Positions 48,504 to 57,533 of a DNA stretch of 64,000 bases are shown here, in pieces. Source of the DNA: a virus; the IMG/VR virus record IMGVR_UViG_3300027852_001277, one strand, 5' to 3'. The notes under the pieces are model-generated. The model ran no database searches. It was given only the letters and a program-made list of their open reading frames with translations, and was not told the origin of the DNA. How positions within the stretch are numbered: position 1 is the stretch's first letter; each line of letters begins with the position of its first letter. The position numbers were made by a program, and so were the translations under genes.

Positions 48504-48803
48504 TCATGACCCAACAATCTTTCCACAATGACTACACTTCCAAACAATCTTGTACATGTCTCCGTAGCCTTTATACTCGTTACATCCCGGATTTTTTATA
48601 ACAATAACTGGGCTTAAAATTGGTAAGAGTTTTGCTCCTATTTTACATGTGCAGTCAGTCGGTGTAGGCATCGTGATGTTGTGCTTATGGATTATTTTGT
48701 TAAACATTTTCCCCCCAAAGCTTCGATAATTTTTATCATTTAGGCACTTTGCGCAGACTTCAATCCTCGGATCTGTAGGCTCTTCCCTGCAGATGGTACA
48801 CAA
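48504..48803 (-). CDS. Cys-rich hypothetical protein
   Basis: Several CxxC pairs. Confidence 0.55.
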   Translation of the reverse strand: MCTICREEPTDPRIEVCAKCLNDKNYRSFGGKMFNKIIHKHNITMPTPTDCTCKIGAKLLPILSPVIVIKNPGCNEYKGYGDMYKIVWKCSHCGKIVGS

Positions 48804-48817
48804 TTTACAACAATCGT

Positions 48818-49690
48818 TTAACCCGTAATTAAAATCTCTCCTGCTCTAACATAGGAACCATTTAGAAAAGTGAGCTTGTTTTTACCACACCAAAAACCTC
48901 TTCCTACTTTTATAGGAGCGCCTTCGAATGAGATGAGGTTGTTATTGTCGCACCAAAAATCTCCTCCTACTTCTTTAGGCGCACCTTCGAGGGAGACGAG
49001 CTTGTTGTTAATACAACCAAAATTACCTTTTACTTTAACAGGAGCACCTTTGAGGAAGTGGAGCTTGTTATAACCACACCAAAAACTTCCTCCTACTTCT
49101 TTAGGAGCGCCTTTGAGGGAGGTTAGTTCATTGTCACCGCACCCAAAATCTCCTCTTACTTCTTTAGGAGCACCTTCAAGGGAAGTTAGTTTATTATCGT
49201 TACAATCAAAATCTCCCCCTACTTTTGTAGGAGCGTCTTTAAGGGAATGGAGATTATTACCATCACACCAAAAGCCTCTTCCTACTTCTTCGGGAGCGCC
49301 TTTGAGAGATACAAGCTTGTTTCTAGTACAATCAAAACCACCTTCTACTTTTACAGGTGCACCTTCAAGAGAAGTGAGGTTGTTTTCGCTACACCAAAAA
49401 TCTCCTCCTACTTTCATAGGAGCACCTTTGAGAGAGGTGAGTTTATTTTCCCCACACCAAAAATCTCCCACTACTTCTTCCGGAGCGCCTTTAAGAGAGG
49501 TAAGGTTATTTTCACTGCAATTAAAATTTCCAGTGACTACACCAAACTTGAACGGCAGAGACTCTACTTTCCTAAGAAGAAGGACGTCGCCTTTGACGTC
49601 GTAAACTTTATCTCTTATTGTGTAAGTCCCTTTTACTTCGAAGTACGATTCGAAGTTATCTTCGATAGGCGCTACTTCATTTTTATACAT
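48818..49690 (-). CDS. LRR-solenoid protein #11 (10 units plus partial)
   Basis: N-cap and repeats; sits between pyrF and pyrD. Confidence 0.9.
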   Translation of the reverse strand: MYKNEVAPIEDNFESYFEVKGTYTIRDKVYDVKGDVLLLRKVESLPFKFGVVTGNFNCSENNLTSLKGAPEEVVGDFWCGENKLTSLKGAPMKVGGDFWCSENNLTSLEGAPVKVEGGFDCTRNKLVSLKGAPEEVGRGFWCDGNNLHSLKDAPTKVGGDFDCNDNKLTSLEGAPKEVRGDFGCGDNELTSLKGAPKEVGGSFWCGYNKLHFLKGAPVKVKGNFGCINNKLVSLEGAPKEVGGDFWCDNNNLISFEGAPIKVGRGFWCGKNKLTFLNGSYVRAGEILITG

Positions 49691-49809
49691 TCTATACCTC
49701 CTAATAATTAGTTGCGTTAACTAAATATTGCTATTCCAACTCTGGATACAGTTTTTACTATTACATTTTGTAGTTATCTCATCTTTATCCCCGATTTACA
49801 AGCTTAAAA

Positions 49810-50523
49810 TTAGTCGTCTGTTTCCCTTTCGAGGTAAAAAAGATCCTTCTCTACTAATTTTGGGTTTATTAACATTACAGTACCAATTTGAAATCTTACG
49901 ACCCCTATATCCATCAATCTTTTCATATCCTGAAAGGAAATCCAAGATGCTCCTGCGACAGGCAACCCTTCTTTTATGAATTTACCAATGAATGTCCAAT
50001 TATCATGTTGTGCTAGCTTACCAGAAATTCCACCTTTCCATTTTGGTATGCTATTAACTGAAATCCCTTCTATTTTATTAAGATCGTATCTGTATGGGTC
50101 TTGCGTATGATTCAATTTAAGATAAAGCTTATGGTTCGATTTAGGAATCTTTTTATTTTTGTAATCTTCAACATTAGGACAAGAGAAATTAAGCTCGATT
50201 CCTTTTACTTTATAGTATTCTAATGTAGCTACCATAGTTTCTATCTCGTAGTCACTCCCAGCAATTGAAATGATTATGTTATCTGGTTGAATAACTTTAT
50301 AATATTTTTTGAGCCATTTAGTTAGCCCAATATTGTGAAGGCCCAAATGATTCCAAATAGAATTTCCTAAAGGAACGATAGCGTATGGATAGCCTATATT
50401 CTCAAAGGCAGTCAGGGTTCTAGTTACGATAGGAAATTTAGGAAACTTGAATAGTTTGTGCCACCACCAGCCTTTCCCGTACTTCATTGCTCCCGATGTA
50501 TAATAGAATTTTTCTTCCGCGAT
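49810..50523 (-). CDS. pyrD: dihydroorotate dehydrogenase-like protein (class 1, compact)
   Basis: NHLGLHNIG, ISIAG, IELNFSCPNV, GGISG, QIGT; in-frame extension to ATC at 50523 after AGGAGG restores TSGAMKYG. Confidence 0.7.
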   Translation of the reverse strand: MAEEKFYYTSGAMKYGKGWWWHKLFKFPKFPIVTRTLTAFENIGYPYAIVPLGNSIWNHLGLHNIGLTKWLKKYYKVIQPDNIIISIAGSDYEIETMVATLEYYKVKGIELNFSCPNVEDYKNKKIPKSNHKLYLKLNHTQDPYRYDLNKIEGISVNSIPKWKGGISGKLAQHDNWTFIGKFIKEGLPVAGASWISFQDMKRLMDIGVVRFQIGTVMLINPKLVEKDLFYLERETDD

Positions 50524-50582
50524 GACGTCCTCCTTTCTAGGCTTCGCTCTTCATGTTAATATTCTCATCAAGCCAAGTAGCA

Positions 50583-51065
50583 TCACTCCACGCAAATATT
50601 ACATGTCCACAGTCTATGTATCCTGAGAATCCGATTTAGATGATATCTTGACACATTTACTACATCTCCATGATTACCACCAAGCAAATACACGTATTCA
50701 GCATTCCTGCCAGCATAGAATCCGACATGTCCTGGTGCATCGGTGATATCCTGTCCTGGTGGACTCTTCCCTCCGATTTGTCTGTTTAGGATTACTACGT
50801 CAAACCCTACCTTTGCATCAGTGTAGTGGTGTAGTGGCTCTCCAACCTGCAACCAAGATCTCGCCATCAAACTCTTAGATCTCGGAAGCCTAAGCAACCA
50901 ACAAATGTAATTCACAAATGATGAGCACCACGGTACTTCGTCATGCATAGGCCACTGAGCATCCCGTGTTGACAGGGCAAGAATCTGCGGACTTTCTACC
51001 AATCCCTTAACTCCCTTCATTCCCACGAATCGTTGGGCTAAATCAAATGGTGTTATCTTTATCAT
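50583..51065 (-). CDS. TIGR02594-like (NlpC/P60/CHAP-like) protein
   Basis: DEVPWCSSFV, ARSW, GHVGFY, LLGGN. Confidence 0.8.
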   Translation of the reverse strand: MIKITPFDLAQRFVGMKGVKGLVESPQILALSTRDAQWPMHDEVPWCSSFVNYICWLLRLPRSKSLMARSWLQVGEPLHHYTDAKVGFDVVILNRQIGGKSPPGQDITDAPGHVGFYAGRNAEYVYLLGGNHGDVVNVSRYHLNRILRIHRLWTCNICVE

Positions 51066-51181
51066 ATGTTATCACCTCCTTTCCTACTTCTCGATTCTTT
51101 ATCTTCTCAAAATTACCACTAATTCCTACCTCCTGAGCTATTAATATAACATCGTTTTATATCCTAGATAAATATTTAAAA

Positions 51182-51409
51182 TTAGTCGTCTGTCTCTCTT
51201 TTGGGGTAAATACCTTTTCCAACTATAGATACTGCTTCTACTTCTTCTACAGTAAATACTTTTATATTATTATTACACCAAAAACCTCCTTTCACTTCTT
51301 TAGGTGCGCCTTTGAGTGAAGTTAGCTCATTGTAGTCGCACAAAAAACCTCTTTCTACTTTTTTAGGCGCGCCTTCTATGGAGATGAGCTCGTTATTACT
51401 ACAATCCAA
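51182..51409 (-). pseudogene. LRR remnant (2 units plus C-cap, N-cap lost)
   Basis: No RBS or N-cap; 3' end shares sequence with the pyrD 3' end (RETDD). Confidence 0.8.
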
Positions 51410-51440
51410 ACCATCCTTTCAAAGTATAAAGAATATGTTA

Positions 51441-51917
51441 TCATAATTTCTTCTTCATGAATAATATTTTTAAATAACGTAATGCTTTTCCGTAAATATC
51501 AAATTTACCTGTAAGTGGTTGTCTATTCCCTGCTACATTTAAAATAGCAACTTTGTTTTCTTCCAACCATGTGATGACTTCGCTATGTCTTGGTGGCTTA
51601 TACAAATTTATATCGAAATGAGGCTTTCCATACGCAGTGATTGCATTCATGGTACATTTTTCACCCGGAGAATTAAAATCGATTGCCAACCTCAATGTTG
51701 CATCCGAGTCTCTAACGTTAGCCCAGGTTCTTTCCTTGTAGCCACCATTATACTCTTTTAATCCATACCTAGTTTTCAGTTTTATAGTGGGTCCTTCTGC
51801 TGTTCTCCAGTCTTTCGGGGCCCAACCACCCGTTTTTATTTTGCAGATTTTTGCTGCTTTGAGTGCAGCCTGGTCGGCACCTGTTTGTCCTCCAGAAATA
51901 ACTTTTTTAAGTATCAT
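51441..51917 (-). CDS. putative molybdenum-carrier-like (SLOG family) protein
   Basis: VISGGQTGADQAAL, RTWANVRDSDATL, LNVAGNR. Confidence 0.8.
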   Translation of the reverse strand: MILKKVISGGQTGADQAALKAAKICKIKTGGWAPKDWRTAEGPTIKLKTRYGLKEYNGGYKERTWANVRDSDATLRLAIDFNSPGEKCTMNAITAYGKPHFDINLYKPPRHSEVITWLEENKVAILNVAGNRQPLTGKFDIYGKALRYLKILFMKKKL

Positions 51918-51947
51918 TGTCTCCCATCCCTTCCATGTTAGCTATAA

Positions 51948-52259
51948 TTATATCTCCTTTTTATGGGCTATCTTATCTGGAACTATTTTATTAATCTTCT
52001 TTATTCTAGATTTCAGTGCTTTAATTTCAGCTTTCACCTCTTTCTTATTTTTGCATTGTCTTCCCATCAAGTGTAGAATACTAGAATATTCCTCATGTAA
52101 AGAGGCAACTTTTTTAGCATTGGCCGAAAGAACAATACCTTTCTTTTTAAGGACGGAAAGATGTTTTTTAAAATACCTCATCATCTTTCGGCGGTGTTCT
52201 CCTTGCTCTTCCAGTCCTTGTGCTAAGATAGCTAAATCATTGTTTTCCTTAGGCATCAT
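51948..52259 (-). CDS. coiled-coil hypothetical protein
   Basis: ORF with RBS. Confidence 0.5.
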   Translation of the reverse strand: MMPKENNDLAILAQGLEEQGEHRRKMMRYFKKHLSVLKKKGIVLSANAKKVASLHEEYSSILHLMGRQCKNKKEVKAEIKALKSRIKKINKIVPDKIAHKKEI

Positions 52260-52792
52260 TCTAAAACCTCCCTTGTTAGCTTTACTAAATACTTTCCAGG
52301 AATAAAATTAATATTTACAAGAAAAGAAACGTATGGTTGAGATGCATGGCTCATGTAGAACGAATATAGATTGCCTTTTTCCTGGTTTTCATCTGTTTTT
52401 ATATAAGGCCATACACTATCTGTATAATGTCCTAAGTCACCACTTTTTATCCATAATGTGTCCATTCTATGGACTAATAAAGCTTTAACCAGTTCTCCGA
52501 AATTATAAGGATTAAATTTTTTTTCATCCTTATGATCTCGAAACATAATAAACGGAGTTACTTTTGGATTATGATAATTGTTAGATTCCAATACCCAATA
52601 AGTATGTTGCCAATCCATTCCATCAACCCATACTTCTGAATAATACTGACTTCCCACGATTCCGTATTTATACTCTGTTGGGTATGGCCAAGTCTCAGAC
52701 GGAATTTCATACTTACTTCTAGCCTGTTTGATTAACTCAACTGCAGCTAGAAAATGAGTTGGATTAGTAGTTATTGCATTACAGTTAATCAT
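52256..52792 (-). CDS. hypothetical protein
   Basis: GAGGAG RBS; 3' end duplicated at 53341-53445. Confidence 0.6.
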   Translation of the reverse strand: MINCNAITTNPTHFLAAVELIKQARSKYEIPSETWPYPTEYKYGIVGSQYYSEVWVDGMDWQHTYWVLESNNYHNPKVTPFIMFRDHKDEKKFNPYNFGELVKALLVHRMDTLWIKSGDLGHYTDSVWPYIKTDENQEKGNLYSFYMSHASQPYVSFLVNINFIPGKYLVKLTREVLE

Positions 52793-52826
52793 ATCAGCTT
52801 CTCCTCAGCATTTATTTTAAATGATT

Positions 52827-53288
52827 TTACTCGGAAGAATTTTTAGGGAGCCTACCTTTCTTCTCTTTTTTGAAGTAATCCTGCCATTTAAATGAGATTA
52901 CTTGAAACTTATCACAAAATATAAAAGAATGCTTTCCGCCATACTTGGATGTAATAAGTCTCCCAATATAACGATCTAGTGAAGAGGTACTATTGTCGAC
53001 AACTTGCATAATTAAATCGGTGTTAACACACCATTTGTGATTGATAGCTTCATAATCAAGTAGTCTACAGAGTAAGTAGCCTTCGATCTCTCGAATACGT
53101 ATTTTTTCCTCTTCATCTTTATGTACTCTAACAACTACCCGTTTATTAAAAACTAAATCAGGTAGATTGTCGGGCTCACTTTTGTGTCTTTGCTTATATT
53201 GTACAGATGATGGTATACACAATGTAACGAGTTCATTGGCACCATCAAGTGCTTTGATGTATAAATCTCTTTTTATTTTTTCTTTCGC
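52827..53288 (-). CDS. hypothetical protein
   Basis: ATG at 53288 after AGGAGG. Confidence 0.6.
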   Translation of the reverse strand, partial: AKEKIKRDLYIKALDGANELVTLCIPSSVQYKQRHKSEPDNLPDLVFNKRVVVRVHKDEEEKIRIREIEGYLLCRLLDYEAINHKWCVNTDLIMQVVDNSTSSLDRYIGRLITSKYGGKHSFIFCDKFQVISFKWQDYFKKEKKGRLPKNSSE

Positions 53289-53472
53289 CATCTTTGCCTC
53301 CTTTTTGCGCCACAAGTCTATACAAAACCACTTTTTTTATTAGGCATCATTCTAAAACCTCCATTGTTGACTTTACTAAATACTTTCCGTAATAAAATTA
53401 TTATTTAATAATAAAAGAAACGTATGGTTGAGATGCATTGTTCATCCTGCCATTTAAATGAGATTAATACAT

Positions 53473-53817
53473 TTATTTGTTATGTAATGTTTTAACCAAT
53501 CGTTCGATTAACGACTCTACATCTTGCCGTTCCCACACTGCAAATAATTGTTCGGCATCAAAACAATCGTCACGGCTCGTACAATAAAAATCCATCGGTA
53601 TTGATTCGCCTGTTTTCTCAGCGCGACATAACACCTCTCCGAATTCGTTTGAATCATGTACATCAATAGCCGCAATTATGTCTTGGTATATCCAATCATC
53701 GGTTATGGTTGACGATCGTTCTTTTATGCAGATATCACCAAAAATACATGGCTCAAATTTCGCATAGATTGTGCCAGCTGGCATCGTTAAAAATGTTTTC
53801 CTATTAATAATTTTCAT
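53473..53817 (-). CDS. hypothetical phage protein
   Basis: AAGGAG RBS. Confidence 0.65.
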   Translation of the reverse strand: MKIINRKTFLTMPAGTIYAKFEPCIFGDICIKERSSTITDDWIYQDIIAAIDVHDSNEFGEVLCRAEKTGESIPMDFYCTSRDDCFDAEQLFAVWERQDVESLIERLVKTLHNK

Positions 53818-53898
53818 GTTTATACTCCTTTCAGTCCTTGTGTTAAGATAACAAAATCATTGTTTTCCTTAGGTTTTCACTTTTTATTAGAAACAATT

Positions 53899-54585
53899 CT
53901 AGTCATTTGAATCATTCAGGTAGTTGTAGTTAGCAAGGAACTTTTCTAGGGTAGATACTGTTTGCCCTTCGATACGACAATTTTTTCCGTCGTGCTCTAG
54001 CACTGTCTGCCAATCTTCGTTTCGTTCTGCTTCGTCATCCCAATCGTCAGGGTTTACTGACTTGGGGTGTTTACCATTGATCTTACCGGCTATACCTGCC
54101 ATAGCAACAGCCTGAGCCCATAGCTGAGAACAGTAAGGGAGTGGTGTGATCGAGAAGCAACGGGTAAACTTGTCCGTACGGAAGACACAGTCGAGCCCTT
54201 GGAGGAGGAAGACCTTGAGATAACCATATGGCATTCCTGTATACTTCTTAGCTTGAAACAAGATAGCAGCCCGTTGCCGTTGGTTCCATGCTCTGTTACG
54301 TATTATCTTGAGTTTGTTGCTACTACGGAAGTATGGCTTCCCTAAGCGTTCTGTTACCATGTGAAGAGCTTCTAAGATATTGCCAGAACCTGTGTAGCCA
54401 GCTATGTGGTTGTAGGTAACTGGATCTCCATGCCAACTCGTTACCCTTCTGATTAGCTTTCCAAATTGACTATCTTTCGAGGACGTGAGCCAGATGTCAC
54501 CGATGCGGAGGTGGTCAAAACTGTGATCCTCTAGAAACTTCCAAGCAAGATTAGTTTTGATTACAGTTGCAGGGTACTTAAACAT
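53899..54585 (-). CDS. permuted papain-like (YiiX/YebB, NlpC/P60) hydrolase
   Basis: IGDIWL, YNHIAGY, LEA, YTGMPYGY, YCSQL (His before Cys). Confidence 0.7.
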   Translation of the reverse strand: MFKYPATVIKTNLAWKFLEDHSFDHLRIGDIWLTSSKDSQFGKLIRRVTSWHGDPVTYNHIAGYTGSGNILEALHMVTERLGKPYFRSSNKLKIIRNRAWNQRQRAAILFQAKKYTGMPYGYLKVFLLQGLDCVFRTDKFTRCFSITPLPYCSQLWAQAVAMAGIAGKINGKHPKSVNPDDWDDEAERNEDWQTVLEHDGKNCRIEGQTVSTLEKFLANYNYLNDSND

Positions 54586-54759
54586 TGTATTAATTCCTCT
54601 TTTTCTAAAGTTGTATAAGCCTATCCTTTGTTAATTGTAATAATGTATTTGGTAACGTTCTGTTAGAGGCTTCTTTAATTCTTATCAATATTTACTATCA
54701 TTATTTGCATTCTTTCCTCTGATAGTCCTAGCTACATTTATCTTTATCTTTTTCATAAC

Positions 54760-54993
54760 TTACCTTTTCCAACCTGCTATTTTTCCTATTGCATCATGCA
54801 CTTCTTGGGGTAGCTCCTCCAAACTGACTCTCATACTTGCAGGCATAATAAATTTTTCTCGTTCACCAAAAAACTGATTCATCCCTTGGGGCGACTCAAC
54901 ATTCTCAGACATTGCATACGCAACATCTCCAATAAAAACAATGTAACGGTCAAACGTCTTTTCTCCTTTATCATACACTTCGACATACGCCAT
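54760..54993 (-). CDS. small phage protein
   Basis: YDKGEKTFDRY...MSEN...PQG. Confidence 0.6.
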   Translation of the reverse strand: MAYVEVYDKGEKTFDRYIVFIGDVAYAMSENVESPQGMNQFFGEREKFIMPASMRVSLEELPQEVHDAIGKIAGWKR

Positions 54994-55073
54994 TTATTCA
55001 CTCCATCATTAGGTTATCAATCCAACTAAAACCTCGCTTTATCATATGGTAAGTCGTCCTACTAAATAAACTT

Positions 55074-55541
55074 TCATACGTCTTCCTCTAACACCCGACA
55101 TTTTTCAGGCTTAGGATAATCTCCCACTTCATTTCTTTTAAGTGCGCCGAGTCCTAATTCGCAACGACCATGCCCTCCTTCGTTATCGAAGTATTCACAA
55201 ATCCTTTTACTATCCCAACAATAATCCCCTCTGGGCACTTGAATAGGTAACAAGACCTTTTTACTATATTCCACATCCTTGTCCTTTCCGGCTAATCCCA
55301 TTGTTTTGCCATCCTTCCTAGGATAGTCCTCGCTGCACTTATCTTTTACTTCTAAGCAATCTGACCACAACCTCTGATAATTCGGACAATTAACATTACC
55401 AGAATTACCAATACATGGACTAGGCGTCTTAAAATCAACTAGAAGGCTCTCTCCAGTAACACAGGTCTTATACGGACATTTTACATTAATTTCAAAATAT
55501 TCTTTCATTTGGTAATACTCGTGCGCATCTATAACAAACAT
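55074..55541 (-). CDS. Cys-rich hypothetical protein
   Basis: GGAGG RBS. Confidence 0.55.
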   Translation of the reverse strand: MFVIDAHEYYQMKEYFEINVKCPYKTCVTGESLLVDFKTPSPCIGNSGNVNCPNYQRLWSDCLEVKDKCSEDYPRKDGKTMGLAGKDKDVEYSKKVLLPIQVPRGDYCWDSKRICEYFDNEGGHGRCELGLGALKRNEVGDYPKPEKCRVLEEDV

Positions 55542-56288
55542 AATTTCCTCCTATAAGTAACCAAGTTTCTTACTCGTTTAATCTTTTCCTATCCCAAGTG
55601 CTTCGCGGATAACATGCCTAACTGCTTGCTTGGTATCAGCTATGTTTTCGTACATCACCTGAGATCCACAAAAATGCGTACCCAAATAATAGGCTAACGC
55701 CTTCGGTATTAACATAGTATCCGATTTATCCTTTGAATTTTAAGACACTCAATCCCTACATTCTTCTTGTGTTCAACAACGTACTTAAAATAATCCCAGT
55801 ACATGACCATCCTTACTCTATATTTCCTTACATATACTACCTTATCGATCATTTCCATTCTCTCTAGTTCCAGTTTTTTTGTTTATTTTTGTTTCTTTTT
55901 TGCTGCTCCGATTTTTTTGCATCTTTTTGTTTTTGCTTATTCTGTTTTTGCTTCTTTCCTTTGTCTTTATCCTTCTTACCTTTATCTCCCATTGTACATA
56001 CCTCCTTTTTTAAAAAAAGTTTTTTTGGAGTTTATCGTCTTTGTCCTTTATATAATTATAACGCCATGGGACGTTTTGTTCTGTGTCACCAACTCTACAA
56101 AATCCATCATGCGGTGCTTTTATACACCTAAAAGTCATTATGTCCCCACCACACCCTATACTTATAATTTTATGCTCGTCAGTTCCGATTCTGGTTACGA
56201 TATCACCCACTTTAAATTGTCTCCATTGCTCCATCGTCGCACCTCCTCCAAACCAATTCTTTTTTTGTACTCATGCTTTGGTCAGCTT

Positions 56289-56627
56289 TCATTCTTTTGG
56301 GGAGAAACTTTTGCTACATTTGAAACACGTGACGTACCCTTCTACCTTTGCTCCCCATGAATGGCCGCATTCTGGACACGTAACCTTTGTTTCTTCATTG
56401 TGAGTCTTAATTCTGTTAAGAAAAACTTTAACGTTGCGTGTTACCTTTATTAAGGATAGGTATTCCCCACTCATAGTTCTGGTTTTGAACCTTTCTCCTA
56501 CTTTGTCTGCAGCAAGTTTGAACGACTCTTGCACTGCTTGTTCTAGGTTATCAGAAATAATAAGGAACGTGAACGAACTGCCTTCTACGTTGTGTGTTAT
56601 CTCATACAATACATTTATCTTTGTCAT
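56289..56627 (-). CDS. hypothetical protein with C-terminal Zn ribbon
   Basis: CPECG...CFKC. Confidence 0.6.
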   Translation of the reverse strand: MTKINVLYEITHNVEGSSFTFLIISDNLEQAVQESFKLAADKVGERFKTRTMSGEYLSLIKVTRNVKVFLNRIKTHNEETKVTCPECGHSWGAKVEGYVTCFKCSKSFSPKE

Positions 56628-56973
56628 TTAGAACATCTCCTGTGTTATTACTATAGATTCAACTTTATTTTGTTGTTCGCGTATTCTTTTTAAGAAAAGA
56701 TTCCAATTCATCCATTGTTATAACAAGACCATCTTCTTCGCATTCCATCCACTTTTGTTCGTAGTAATCTACTTTCCATTTTAATGTAGCAATCTCCTTC
56801 TCGATTTTTTGTTTATAAGAAAGAATATCTTTTATTTCGAAACCTATACTATGCCAATAAATAACAATAGCTGCACATTGCAAACACGTAAAGCATAAAA
56901 TAATCATGACTAACTTTTTCAATCTTTTCATTTATCCCCCCACTACTATTAAGGTCTCGGTGATGTTAGTATT

Positions 56974-57264
56974 TCAAAAATCGTACATTTCTTCTATACT
57001 TGCATCAACAGCTTCGTTCTCGTATATCTGCATTTTTAAAAACTCTAATAGACCTATCATAGAAACAACATCAGTTTCCCCTAATAAGGAATAGTGAATT
57101 GTACTATTTTTTTCTTTATTTTTTATTTTGCTAACTACCAGTAAATCTTCCAAAATATTATCATCTATATCTTTTACGAGTTGATTAAAGATTTCTTCTA
57201 TCGCGTTAAAAGATTTTCTTTTATCTATGTAAGTGGTTACTCCTTTGAGATTTTTGTGTATCAT
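56974..57264 (-). CDS. hypothetical protein
   Basis: ORF track. Confidence 0.55.
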   Translation of the reverse strand: MIHKNLKGVTTYIDKRKSFNAIEEIFNQLVKDIDDNILEDLLVVSKIKNKEKNSTIHYSLLGETDVVSMIGLLEFLKMQIYENEAVDASIEEMYDF

Positions 57265-57496
57265 TATTTATGACCACCTTTTTATAGTTAGAAATTTTAT
57301 TATTTCTTGTTACTATGAAAGTTACCAAATCTTTTTCTTGAGCAAGAACGAATAAAGGACATTTTGTACAATCGAAATTCATCCATGTGATGGCAATATC
57401 GATACATTTTGTGTATAACAAACAATTGTAGTATTTAGTACACAAACATCCTCTTTCTTTTTTTGTTGGGTTTTGTTTTACTTGTATGTTACACAT
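57221..57496 (-). CDS. small Cys-rich protein (paralogue of 45839..46060)
   Basis: CTKYYNCL...NFDCTKC. Confidence 0.6.
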   Translation of the reverse strand: MCNIQVKQNPTKKERGCLCTKYYNCLLYTKCIDIAITWMNFDCTKCPLFVLAQEKDLVTFIVTRNNKISNYKKVVINNDTQKSQRSNHLHR

Positions 57497-57533
57497 GATA
57501 TATCCTTTATATTGTACTTTTAAATTTTAGATT

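Noticed and set aside
11556-49711. Long antisense ORFs over LRR genes (e.g. 33800..34534, 19964..20539, 49113..49604)
   Set aside because: They are shadows of the 63-nt repeat's codon pattern (GGN GCN CCN is near-palindromic); no RBS or independent features.
11476-51409. Diversity-generating retroelement as the source of LRR variation
   Set aside because: No reverse transcriptase or TR/VR pair in the window, and mismatches in the near-identical patches are mostly synonymous C/T changes rather than adenine-specific. An RT outside the window cannot be excluded.
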